Of a stretch of 64,000 nucleotides of DNA, positions 27,557 to 36,513 are shown in pieces. Under the pieces are notes generated by a model. It ran no database searches, had not been told where the DNA came from, and was given only the letters and a program-made list of their open reading frames with translations. How positions within the stretch are numbered: position 1 is the first letter of the stretch; every line of letters starts with the position of its first letter. The stretch lies in assembly GCA_965248445.1 (NCBI GenBank), contig CBDFJG010000004.1, positions 1,280,001 through 1,344,000 of the forward strand. The letters run 5' to 3'. This stretch comes from Planctomycetota bacterium. Lineage in GTDB: Bacteria; Planctomycetota; JAJSAM01; JAJVHW01. Both the position numbers and the translations under genes were made by a program.

Positions 27557-30495
27557 CAGGAGCTCCTTCCTGACTGTGGGCTCACGCTCCCCTGCGCACC
27601 ACCCGACTGAAACTCGTGCCCCTCACCTGTGACCCGGCCGGGATGACCGATCAGGAAGAAGGGCGCCCAGAAGTACGGATGCGCGTGCTTCGCGCGGACG
27701 GAACGCATGGCCGTGCGGAGAGCGGATCCCCACGAGCCTGACTCACGCGCCGCGCCGTAGAAGGCGCGCATGAAGGCCGAGGTGGCCTGGTCGGCAATGC
27801 GCCACTGCCCCGCGAGGAGGCGTGGCGCACCGGCGAACAGGAAACCTCGGAACAACCCCTGCACTTCGTCGCCTCTGGTGACCGCGGCGACACCGCTCTC
27901 GCATGCTGCGAGGGTGACGAGGTCGGAGCGAACGTCGAGGTCGAAGGCGTCGTAAACCGTCAGCGGTCCGTCGGCCAGCTCGATGCTCGAGAGCGCGGAC
28001 TCCTCGCTGTCGTACGTGCCGTGCGTTGCGACGTGCAGGACGTGACTCGTCCGGGCCGCTTCGCGCAGCGCGTCAGACGTCGCTGCTTCGCCGAGCACGA
28101 GACGGGTGTCGGCGCCAAGGGCGTCCGCAACGGCAGCCGCGTCTTCCTCGATCCCCGGGGCGTCGGCATCCGGCAGCGCGAGCACCGTCGGGCTGCCCGT
28201 CGCGCGCCCGTGCCGATGCTGACCGCAGTACGTGAACACCGAAGCACTCGGTGCATACCAGATCTCGAGCTCGTCGCTCAGCCAGCCGCCGTCGTGCGGG
28301 AGCGCGTGGAACGGGAACCCGTGCAGGCACCCGTGCGGCGAGATCACCACCCGGCGTGTCGTGAGGAGATCCGCGATCGGGTCGATCAGGACAGCGTGCA
28401 CTGCCGCCAGGTTCGCCCGCGTTGCCCGAAGCTGCGCGCCCTCGGCCATCGTGGGTGCCGCGTCTGAGGTCTGATGGCTGACGAGCTGACGCTGGAAACG
28501 GCGGAGCAGGCGCTCCAGGTCCTCACGCGGCACGTCGATGGCGACCGCATCGAAGCCGTCGCGCGTGACGACGAACACGTACACGCTCGTGGCTGAGACG
28601 AAGTACTGCAGCAGCGTGGTGTCGGCATCCAGGCTGCGCTGCACGTCTGCCGGCGGCACGGCTCCGACCGCCGAGATCGATGCGAGCTCCGCGTCCTCTT
28701 CCCAAGCGGCCTGCAACGCGGTGTTCACGGACTGCCGGAGCGCCCGGAGTTCGGCACGCAGCGCGCGAGCGCGCTTCTTTCCGGCCGGGGACCGGTCGGC
28801 GACAACGCTCTCGAGCCGCGCGACGAGCGCGTCAGCGCGACGGCGTTGGCGATCGACGCGGCGGCCGCGGAGGGCACCCGAGCGGGTTCGCCGCGCGCCC
28901 CGGTGCGATGCGTCGTGGAGCATGTCAAGGAGCGCGCGCGACTTCGCCCGCTCCGTCAAGGAGAACGCCTCGACGATCCGTTCCGCATCGACGAGCGAGG
29001 ACACGGTCGCGGCATAGAGCGACGCCTTGCTCGCGAGGAAGGCGATCATGAACTCGCCGGGCGGGAGCGAGCCGCGGAACTCCTCGAGGTTGCGCACGGC
29101 GCGCAACCGGATCTCGGTCGCCTCGTCTTCGCGGCCGAGTGCGGCCAACGCAGAGGCGTGGACCTCGCCGAGCTCGACCTGCAGCCATGGCGACGGCACG
29201 CGCCGCATCCGCCGGCGTGCGCCGTCGATCCACGTCATGGCGCGCGCCGGCCGGTGCAGCGCCACGTCGATCGTGGCCAGCAGAACCTCGGCGCCGATCG
29301 TGCGCTCGACGAGCCCGCGACGCAAGAACGCCTCGTGGGCACCCGCTGCGTGCTCGGCCGCTTCGATCGTGTCGCCCACGATGAGCAGCGCGCGCGCCGT
29401 GAGCATGTCCACGTCCGCGAGCCGCGCGCCCATGCCCAGTGCCGCGTAGATCGCCCGTGCCTCGTCCAGCAACTCGACGGCGCGGCGGTCGACCAGCGCG
29501 GCGGTCGCGCCGATCTGGAGCGCCTGCCCCCACTCCTTGCGCTGCCCGAGGCGTGCGAACTCCGCCGACGTTTCGGCCGCGAGCCGCCGGGCACGATCGA
29601 CGAGCCCCACACTCAGCAGCACCTCGGCGCGCTCGAGCCTGCACTGGGCCACGCTGCGCGCACTCCCCAGCTCCGCGAGGTCTCTCTCGGCCTCGCGATA
29701 ACGGTGGAGGGCGGCCTTTACGCGCCCCTGAACGAACTGCGGGTGCGCGCCATTCGCGCGCAGCTGAGCAGCGGAGATCGGAGAGCCCGGCTCTCTGTAC
29801 GCATTCTCGGCCCAGGTCAGGTGACGCTCGGAGGCCTGGTAGCGCTGCACCGCCTCCAGCGAGACCGCTGTGTTCGATGCGAGCGCCGCCCGCAGGTTGC
29901 GAGAGACGTCCTCCAGCCGACGTGCCATGCGGAACCACAGCAGCGCCTCGCGGTACCGCTCCGCCCGCTGCGAGCGCACACCCAGCGCAAGACGCGTCGA
30001 GACGCGGTCGTGCGGGCTGCCGGCTCGCTCGAAGTACGCGTAAGCCGAGAGAGCGGCCCCCTCGGCCTCATCGACCCGTCCGAGCTGGTCGAGCGGGAAC
30101 ACCAATCGGAGTTCGGCGCGGTGCTCGAAGTCCGGGGACTGCGCGCGGCCCAAGCGGGACACCGCGCGGCGCAACAGGCCTACCGCGCGCCGGTTCCTGC
30201 CGAAGTCGATGTACGCCTGCCCCGCAACCGCAAGCGCGCGTCCCCGAGCCAGGTCGCAACCGAATTCGCGGCCGAGCGAGCCCAGGACACGACAGACGCG
30301 CAATGATCCGGATCCCTCGTCGAGAAGAGCGGCGCCCGCTGCGCGATCCAGCGCTTCGAGAATCAGTCCGATCTCCTCGTCGCTCTCCATGAGGACACGC
30401 GCGGCGGCGCTCGTGCTCGTGCTGGCCTGCACGACACGCGCGACTTCCGCGACGAGCTCTACGCTCGCGGTCCCAGCAGGAGCGATGCAGCTCAC
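27556..30495 (-). CDS. TPR-CHAT caspase-like protease
   Basis: long TPR-like helical N-terminus; ERAKSRALLD; HVATHG (His) and LAACES (Cys) dyad; HPYFWAPF end; GTG start overlaps upstream TGA. Confidence 0.92.
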   Translation of the reverse strand: MSCIAPAGTASVELVAEVARVVQASTSTSAAARVLMESDEEIGLILEALDRAAGAALLDEGSGSLRVCRVLGSLGREFGCDLARGRALAVAGQAYIDFGRNRRAVGLLRRAVSRLGRAQSPDFEHRAELRLVFPLDQLGRVDEAEGAALSAYAYFERAGSPHDRVSTRLALGVRSQRAERYREALLWFRMARRLEDVSRNLRAALASNTAVSLEAVQRYQASERHLTWAENAYREPGSPISAAQLRANGAHPQFVQGRVKAALHRYREAERDLAELGSARSVAQCRLERAEVLLSVGLVDRARRLAAETSAEFARLGQRKEWGQALQIGATAALVDRRAVELLDEARAIYAALGMGARLADVDMLTARALLIVGDTIEAAEHAAGAHEAFLRRGLVERTIGAEVLLATIDVALHRPARAMTWIDGARRRMRRVPSPWLQVELGEVHASALAALGREDEATEIRLRAVRNLEEFRGSLPPGEFMIAFLASKASLYAATVSSLVDAERIVEAFSLTERAKSRALLDMLHDASHRGARRTRSGALRGRRVDRQRRRADALVARLESVVADRSPAGKKRARALRAELRALRQSVNTALQAAWEEDAELASISAVGAVPPADVQRSLDADTTLLQYFVSATSVYVFVVTRDGFDAVAIDVPREDLERLLRRFQRQLVSHQTSDAAPTMAEGAQLRATRANLAAVHAVLIDPIADLLTTRRVVISPHGCLHGFPFHALPHDGGWLSDELEIWYAPSASVFTYCGQHRHGRATGSPTVLALPDADAPGIEEDAAAVADALGADTRLVLGEAATSDALREAARTSHVLHVATHGTYDSEESALSSIELADGPLTVYDAFDLDVRSDLVTLAACESGVAAVTRGDEVQGLFRGFLFAGAPRLLAGQWRIADQATSAFMRAFYGAARESGSWGSALRTAMRSVRAKHAHPYFWAPFFLIGHPGRVTGEGHEFQSGGAQGSVSPQSGRSS

Positions 30496-31121
30496 CCGTC
30501 CCTCTTCTCCGACCACAGCTCGACACGCGGCGCGATCGCGTCGTCACCGAGCCGCAGACCGAAGTGATCCGCGCGGTGCTTGCCGAACTCGAACTCGCCG
30601 AACCCGTTGGTGCGCGTCGAGTCCGACGGCAGGTGGTTGACGAGCAAGGTGATCGGGAGGCCCTCGGCGGGCTCACCGTCCGAACGCAGGATCTGCCCGG
30701 AGACGGCGAACTCGTTGCTGAGCTGCCCGGGGTGCAACAGCACATCCAGATGGCTGTCGCCGATCGTGCAGTTCAGGTGGTACTCGTCGGTGCGCGCCAC
30801 GCGGTACCCGGCCATGGCCCGAACCGGCTCGGCGACGAACCACTCACCGTCGTCCGCGGGACTGTAGCCGGCGTCCCCTCCAGCGAGGAGGCGCGCCGTG
30901 ATCGAGCGGACCGACGACACGACGCCGGCAGGCACCGGCGGATACGCGGTCAGGCTGCGATGCGCGAACTGGATCGAGTGGACGTCCTCGCGGCACGGCT
31001 CGCAGTCGATCAGGTGGACGGCGACCTCGCGGGTCAGGTCGTCCACCGGTCCTTCGAGCGCGTAGCGGTACTGCGCGGCGTCATCTGGATGGGTGTTGTG
31101 AGGAAGAGACGGATCAGACAT
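30492..31121 (-). CDS. soluble zinc-binding anti-sigma-like protein with C-terminal beta-sandwich domain
   Basis: HLIDCEPC (HxxxCxxC); no TM; VSGQIL...TRTNGFGEFEF carboxypeptidase-regulatory-like motif; GGAGG RBS. Confidence 0.75.
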   Translation of the reverse strand: MSDPSLPHNTHPDDAAQYRYALEGPVDDLTREVAVHLIDCEPCREDVHSIQFAHRSLTAYPPVPAGVVSSVRSITARLLAGGDAGYSPADDGEWFVAEPVRAMAGYRVARTDEYHLNCTIGDSHLDVLLHPGQLSNEFAVSGQILRSDGEPAEGLPITLLVNHLPSDSTRTNGFGEFEFGKHRADHFGLRLGDDAIAPRVELWSEKRDG

Positions 31122-31151
31122 GCAGGCACCTCCCGGTCAGGGGTCGTGCCC

Positions 31152-31181
31152 GGGTAGTGCGGCGCGGGCGGCGATCCGTAC
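31152..31181 (-). promoter_or_regulatory. putative ECF-dependent promoter upstream of anti-sigma gene (GTACGGAT-N14-CACTACCC)
   Basis: same motif and spacing as the copy at 31878-31907. Confidence 0.55.
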
Positions 31182-31250
31182 ACCCGATCTTCGGATTTCT
31201 CCGAATCCGGGGCCTCGCGAGCCCACGGGGCGTCGCAGCGAGGCTGCGTC

Positions 31251-31811
31251 TCAGGCGGCCTGAGGTGGCTCGAGCCCGCGGTCAGAGAGTGCCTTGCGAA
31301 GGCGTTTGAGTGCGCGGCCGAGGAGCGAACCGATGCTGTTCTCGCTGACGCCGATCTTCGCGGCGAGCGCGGCGTGGGAAAGCGGCGGGTATGTGAAGTG
31401 CTTGCCCTCGATCAGCGTGCGATCCCGATCGGAGAGCCCCTGCACCGCCTCGCGAACGAGCCGGCCGGTCTCCATCGTCTCGACGATCTCGTCAGGAGCG
31501 TTCTCGCCTGGCTGCGGGAGCTGTTCCAGGAGCTCCGTGCTCGAAGCCACATCCCGACGGCGGCGGATCACGCCTCGAGCCGTCCAGCAGACGATGGACG
31601 CGAGCCAGGCGACCCGGCGCTCGCGGCCGGGCATCGCAGCCACGCGGCGGATGACGACGGTCCAGGCGTCGGAGATCGTCTCCTCCGCCTCTTCGTGCGA
31701 GAGCGAGTACCGCCGGCGCAGGATCGACCACATGAGCGGCAGGTAGGCGTTCATGAACACCTCCCAGTCCGCTTCCGCGCGGGGAGGATCGTCGGAGTCT
31801 GCCGTCCACAT
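31251..31811 (-). CDS. ECF RNA polymerase sigma factor (start uncertain; ATG 31811 preferred)
   Basis: WEVFMNAYLPLMWSI, EAEETISDAW, AWLASI; region 4 LSDRDRTLI...LSHAALAAKIGVSENSIGSLLGRALKRLR. Confidence 0.88.
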   Translation of the reverse strand: MWTADSDDPPRAEADWEVFMNAYLPLMWSILRRRYSLSHEEAEETISDAWTVVIRRVAAMPGRERRVAWLASIVCWTARGVIRRRRDVASSTELLEQLPQPGENAPDEIVETMETGRLVREAVQGLSDRDRTLIEGKHFTYPPLSHAALAAKIGVSENSIGSLLGRALKRLRKALSDRGLEPPQAA

Positions 31812-31877
31812 CGAATCAGACCCGGACCCGCGGAGCGCGAGGCTGGAGGGTCCGGGCGGACCGGGGTCCGCATGCGT

Positions 31878-31907
31878 GGGTTTTGTCGGTCGGCGGTGCA
31901 TCCGTAC
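31878..31907 (-). promoter_or_regulatory. putative autoregulated ECF promoter upstream of sigma gene (GTACGGAT-N14-CAAAACCC)
   Basis: same motif and spacing as the copy at 31152-31181. Confidence 0.55.
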
Positions 31908-32051
31908 TAAGCGCGAGCCGGGCAGCGCGCCTCGCGACGCGGCGCCCGACTGTGTACTCATCTGCAACGGCAGCGTCCACGATCGGCTTAACTCGGAAGC
32001 CGGAAAGCGCGGCGCAAGCAGCCTGCGCGAGCGGAGGGGAGCAGCCCGGGA

Positions 32052-32297
32052 TCAGGCCGGCACGCCGCCCGCGGCGCGGACGGCGGAGAGAACCTCGCCT
32101 TCGTCGGGGAACTCGCCGGTCTCGAGCTTCGAGTAGACGAGGTCGCCGTTCACGCTCACCTCGAAGCACCCGCCGCCGCTCGGGATCAGCTCGTACGAGG
32201 ACACGTGACGCTTCAGCTCCGTCAAGAGCAGGTTGCTCAGGCTCACGGCCTGAGGCTCGTAGTTTCACATTGCGCAGTATTCGAGACGGATCTTCAT
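32052..32297 (-). CDS. Rdx/SelW-SelT-SelH family selenoprotein (81 aa, CxxU, UGA at 32265-32267)
   Basis: MKIRLEYCAM[TGA]NYEPQAVSL...LIPSGGGCFEVSVNGDLVYSKLETGEFP; GGAGG RBS; downstream hairpin. Confidence 0.9.
32236..32254 (-). promoter_or_regulatory. bacterial SECIS hairpin
   Basis: CTCAGGC-CGTGA-GCCTGAG perfect 7-bp stem starting at position +11 after the UGA, G-containing loop. Confidence 0.75.
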
Positions 32298-32368
32298 CGT
32301 GTCCTCCGGTGGTGGGCGGGCGAGTGTAGCAGCACTCTGAACGCGGTCGCTCGCTACCCTCTTCCCGC

Positions 32369-33904
32369 GTGAGCGCGCCTGAACTGATCGTCGTCGCCGC
32401 CCGTCTGCTCGGCGCGCCCGGAAGCGCCGTCGCCGTGCAGGACGGACGCATCAGCGGCGTTGGCGACGCGCGCGCCCTGTTGAGGGAACGCGGCCCGCGC
32501 ACACGTGTCGTGACGGCTCCGAACGGGCTGCTCTGCGCCGGTTTCCACGACGCGCACGTGCACGTCGTTCTCGCGGCGGCCTCACGCACGGAGGTCGACC
32601 TGCACGGGCTGGACGGACCCGCGGTCGTGGATGCCGTGCGTGCCGCAGCGGCGGCGCGCCCGCCCGGGAGGTGGGTGATCGGCCGCGGCTTCGACCCCGC
32701 GCAGTTTCCCGGCGTCGCAACGGCACGCACGCTTCTCGATGCGGCTGCACCGGATCACCCGGTGCTGGTGCGTTCGCACGACTACCACTCCGCTGCGCTG
32801 AACACACCCGCTCTCGAGATCGCCGGAGTGCGTCACGACACGCCGGACCAACCCGGCGGACGGATCGAACGGGACGCGCACGGTGAGCCGGATGGAGTGT
32901 TGCGCGAGGCGGCGGCGATGCGCGCGGAAGCACGCGCCGGAGATCTCACGGACGACGAACTCGCGAAGGAGACCGAGGCAGTTCTTCGTGAACTCGCCCG
33001 TGCGGGCTTGACGGCGCTGCACGACATGAGCGGGTCGCGATACGACCCAGTCCTTCGGTTGCTGGCCAGCGCGGACCGCCTCACACTTCCCCTGATCACC
33101 ACTGTATCACCCGGCGAGGCACCATGGTGCGGCGGGGGTCCGCGGCTGCGCTGCGGCGGCGTGAAGATCTTCCTCGACGGCGCACTCGGAACCCGAACCG
33201 CGCTCTTGTTGACTCCGTACGAGGGGGAGTCCGCTCATCGCGGAATCGCCGTGACGACGCCCGACGCGGCGCGAGAACGCGTGCTCGCCGCCGCCGCGCG
33301 GGGCCTGCCTTCTTACCTGCACGCCATCGGCGATGCTGCGGTTCGAACGGCTCTCGACGTGACAGAGGGTGTCGGTGCGCCGGACGGCTCTCCGCTGCGC
33401 CATCGCGTCGAACACGCGCAGATGGTGCACGGGGACGACATCGCACGCTTCGGCGCGGCGGGGATCGTCGCGTCGGTGCAACCGGTGCACATCGCGGAGG
33501 ACGCAACACTGGCGCACGAGCACTGGGGCGCGCGGTCGAACGAGGCCTTTCCCTTACGGCGACTCCTCGACGCGGGTGCGCCGCTGGCGTTCGGTTCGGA
33601 CGCGCCCATCGAGACGCCCGACGTGCTCGACGGTGTGCGCTGCGCTGTCACGCGCACCGGCAGGGACGGCACCGAACTGCATCCCGAGGAGGCGCTGACC
33701 GTCGAAGAGGCGCTCCGCGCGTACACGTCCGGCGCAGCATGGGCCGCTGGACTCGAGAACGAGTGCGGCGCGTTGCGGCCCGGTCTGCGCGCATCGCTGA
33801 CGTTGCTCAACCGCGATATCCTGACCCACCGCGAAGCACTCGACGACTGCGCCGTGGCGGCGACCGTCGTGGACGGCGACGTGCTCCACGAGATCGACTC
33901 GTGA
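32369..33904 (+). CDS. amidohydrolase 3 family (YtcJ-like)
   Basis: GFHDAHVH, KIFLDGALGTRTA, HAIGDAA, HRVEHAQ, FGSDAP. Confidence 0.9.
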   Translation: MSAPELIVVAARLLGAPGSAVAVQDGRISGVGDARALLRERGPRTRVVTAPNGLLCAGFHDAHVHVVLAAASRTEVDLHGLDGPAVVDAVRAAAAARPPGRWVIGRGFDPAQFPGVATARTLLDAAAPDHPVLVRSHDYHSAALNTPALEIAGVRHDTPDQPGGRIERDAHGEPDGVLREAAAMRAEARAGDLTDDELAKETEAVLRELARAGLTALHDMSGSRYDPVLRLLASADRLTLPLITTVSPGEAPWCGGGPRLRCGGVKIFLDGALGTRTALLLTPYEGESAHRGIAVTTPDAARERVLAAAARGLPSYLHAIGDAAVRTALDVTEGVGAPDGSPLRHRVEHAQMVHGDDIARFGAAGIVASVQPVHIAEDATLAHEHWGARSNEAFPLRRLLDAGAPLAFGSDAPIETPDVLDGVRCAVTRTGRDGTELHPEEALTVEEALRAYTSGAAWAAGLENECGALRPGLRASLTLLNRDILTHREALDDCAVAATVVDGDVLHEIDS

Positions 33905-35472
33905 GCGAGCTTCCCGCTGCGGGTGGGCGCCGTGACATGGGCAGCCGGGCGCTGCGGATCTCCATGGCGACCATGCTCTCGCGCGTGTGCGGCCTCGTGC
34001 GCGAGGTGATCCTCACGTCGCTGTTCGGCTCCGGCGCGTTCGCCGAGGCGTTCCGTGTGGCGTTCCGCATCCCGAACCTGGCGCGCGATCTGTTTGCCGA
34101 GGGAGCGCTCTCGTCGGCGTTCGTGCCGACGTTCACCGACGTGCTGACGAACCAGGGCCGCGAGCGCGCCTTCCAGCTCGCAAACGTCGTCGTCGGCGCG
34201 GTCCTGGTCATCGTAGGCACCTTCGCGGCGGTCGGGATACTCGCGGCGCCGTGGGTGGTCGACCTCCTCACGGCGTTCGACGGCGAGACGCGTTCTCTCG
34301 CGATCACCGGCACGCGCATCCTGTTCCCGTTCCTCCCGATCGTGTCCCTGGCGGCGGTGGCTATGGGCCAGCTCAACTCGCAGGAGCGCTACACCGCGCC
34401 CTCGCTGGCGCCCGTCACCTTCAACCTCATTGCGATCGCGTGCGGCGCCGTCCTGCTGCTGAGCGACGTCCCGCCGGAGACGGCGTTCCTCGCGTGGGCC
34501 GGTGCGACGCTGCTCGGCGGACTCGGCCAGTTGCTCGTGCAGGTCCCGTCACTCTGGAAGACCGGCTACCGTCCGCGCCCCGTACTTCGGTGGAGCGACC
34601 CCGGGCTGCGCCGTATCAGCCGGCTGATGGCGCCGGCGGTCGTCGGCCTTGCAGCGGTGAACGTGAACGTCATGGTGAACACGTTCTTCGCCACGCACGA
34701 GGAGGGCGCGGTCACCTGGCTCGAGGTTGCGTTCCGGATGGTGTATCTGCCGATCGGCATCTTCGGCGTCGCGATCGCAACCGTGTCGACGACACGCCTC
34801 GCCGTCCGAGCGGCCGAGGGCGACCACGACGGCATGCGTCAGACGCTCACGGACGGGTTGCGCCTCGTGGCGTTCCTGACCGTCCCCAGCACGGTCGGGT
34901 TGATCGTGCTGCGCGAACCGATCATGCGCCTGGTGTACGAGTACGGCGAGTTCAACGCACTGGACACCGTGAACGCGTCCGCGGCGCTCGCCATGTACGC
35001 GCTCGGGCTCGCTGCGTACGCGTCCGTGAAGGTGGCGGCGCCCGCGTTCTACGCGTTCGACCGGCCGAGGGTACCGCTCGCGGCGTCGGTCTCCGCGGTC
35101 GCGGTGAATGTCATTGCATCCATCACGCTGTTCCCGGTGCTCGGGTTTTCCGGGCTGGCGCTCGGCACCGCCCTCGGCGCGTTCGTGAACATCGGAGTCC
35201 TGCTCACAGCGTTCAGCCGGATCGTCGGCGGACTGCCGGCATCGGCTCTGCTCTCGCACCTCGCGCGGGTCCTGGTGGCCTCCGCGGCCAGCGGCGGGGT
35301 TGCCTGGGCCGTCTGGACCCGGCTCGAGGAGACGCTCGGAACCGCCGGGGCGGCCGCCCGGGCCGGCACGGTCGTCCCGGCCATTCTCGGCGGGACGCTC
35401 GCTTTCGCGCTGGTGGCCGCCCTCCTGCGGCTGCGCGAACTCCGTGACCTCCTCGCCTTCGTCCGCAGGTAG
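33901..35472 (+). CDS. murJ: lipid II flippase MurJ (MviN)
   Basis: TMLSRVCGLVRE, AFRIPNLARDLFAEGALSSAFVP, multiple TM helices; GTG 33901 or ATG 33937. Confidence 0.93.
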   Translation: MSELPAAGGRRDMGSRALRISMATMLSRVCGLVREVILTSLFGSGAFAEAFRVAFRIPNLARDLFAEGALSSAFVPTFTDVLTNQGRERAFQLANVVVGAVLVIVGTFAAVGILAAPWVVDLLTAFDGETRSLAITGTRILFPFLPIVSLAAVAMGQLNSQERYTAPSLAPVTFNLIAIACGAVLLLSDVPPETAFLAWAGATLLGGLGQLLVQVPSLWKTGYRPRPVLRWSDPGLRRISRLMAPAVVGLAAVNVNVMVNTFFATHEEGAVTWLEVAFRMVYLPIGIFGVAIATVSTTRLAVRAAEGDHDGMRQTLTDGLRLVAFLTVPSTVGLIVLREPIMRLVYEYGEFNALDTVNASAALAMYALGLAAYASVKVAAPAFYAFDRPRVPLAASVSAVAVNVIASITLFPVLGFSGLALGTALGAFVNIGVLLTAFSRIVGGLPASALLSHLARVLVASAASGGVAWAVWTRLEETLGTAGAAARAGTVVPAILGGTLAFALVAALLRLRELRDLLAFVRR

Positions 35473-35481
35473 GCTTCCGGC

Positions 35482-36291
35482 ATGGGTGACCGCGAAGACC
35501 TGTTCGCCGAGATCGGGGCATTGCGCGCGAGGGGTGAGCCCGCGGCGCTGGCAACCGTCATCGGCACCCGCGGGAGCACTCCCGGCCGGTCGGCGATGAA
35601 GATGCTGGTGCGCGAGGACGGCTCGACGCGCGGCACGGTCGGCGGCGGGTCCATGGAAGAGGAGGTCCGCCAACTCGGTCTGGCCTCTCTCGCCGACGAG
35701 CGTTGCCGCCGCGGATCGTTCGAGCTGTCGACCGAGGCCGTGGACGACTCCGAGCTCATCTGCGGCGGAACGGTGGAGGTGTTCGTGGAACCGCTGACCA
35801 TCCCGACCTGTGTGCTGTTCGGCGCGGGACATCTCGCCATCGCGATCTCGCGCGTCGCCGCGGTCGCCGACTTCCGCGTCATCGTCGGGGACGACCGGGC
35901 GACCCACGCGAACACCGAGCGCTTCCCCGGCGCCGAGGAGGTGCTGGCGGCGCCATACGAGCTTCTGCTCGGGGATCTGGCCCCGCGGCTCGGCGGCGCG
36001 TCGTACTGCGTGATCGTCACCCGCTCGCACCAGCTCGACGAGCAGTGCGCTCTCGCGTGCCTCCGCACACCCGCCCGCTATGTGGGCATGATCGGCAGCA
36101 AGAACAAGGTGCGGACCTGCCACGAGTTCCTGCGCACCGAGGGGCTCCCGGACGAGGACATCGCGCGTCTCCGGGCACCGGTGGGTCTGGAGCTGGGGGC
36201 AGAGAGCCACGGGGAGATCGCCGTGGCCATCGTGGCCGAGCTGATCCGGGAGCGGCGGGGGGCCGCAGGAGCCGCCAGCAAGAGCCTCTGA
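35482..36291 (+). CDS. XdhC/CoxI family molybdoenzyme maturation factor
   Basis: GSTPGRSAMKM, GTVGGG, ICGGTVEVFVE, FGAGH, YVGMIGS, PVGLELGA..EIAVAIVAE. Confidence 0.92.
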   Translation: MGDREDLFAEIGALRARGEPAALATVIGTRGSTPGRSAMKMLVREDGSTRGTVGGGSMEEEVRQLGLASLADERCRRGSFELSTEAVDDSELICGGTVEVFVEPLTIPTCVLFGAGHLAIAISRVAAVADFRVIVGDDRATHANTERFPGAEEVLAAPYELLLGDLAPRLGGASYCVIVTRSHQLDEQCALACLRTPARYVGMIGSKNKVRTCHEFLRTEGLPDEDIARLRAPVGLELGAESHGEIAVAIVAELIRERRGAAGAASKSL

Positions 36292-36513
36292 TCGAGCCCC
36301 GAACGCCCACGCTCGTGGCAGGCGCGCGTATCCTGTGGGGGCCTGTCCCCGAGCACACCGACCCGACGCGCGCACTTAGAGCGTGCCCGCCGAACGGTCA
36401 CGACCATAGGATCGGCGGCTTCCGGAGCCCCAGCGACCCCGAGTCCCGCATGACTCGGAGCCCCTTGCAATCCCGTTATGGGGCCCGGAGACGCTCGGAC
36501 AGGAGAGACCCCG

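Noticed and set aside
27672..27680. third GTACGGAT copy
   Set aside because: On the opposite strand, inside the CHAT coding sequence (HPY codons), and without the second half-site.
31812..31967. longer N-terminus of the ECF sigma
   Set aside because: Low-complexity translation overlapping the putative promoter motif; sigma similarity starts after 31811.
33124..33900. N-terminal extension of MurJ in the 782-aa track ORF
   Set aside because: Overlaps the amidohydrolase in another frame; MurJ similarity starts only at ~33937.
35482..36291. XdhC as part of a selenium-dependent molybdenum hydroxylase system with the selenoprotein
   Set aside because: No yqeB/yqeC, selD or molybdoenzyme genes nearby; proximity alone is insufficient.
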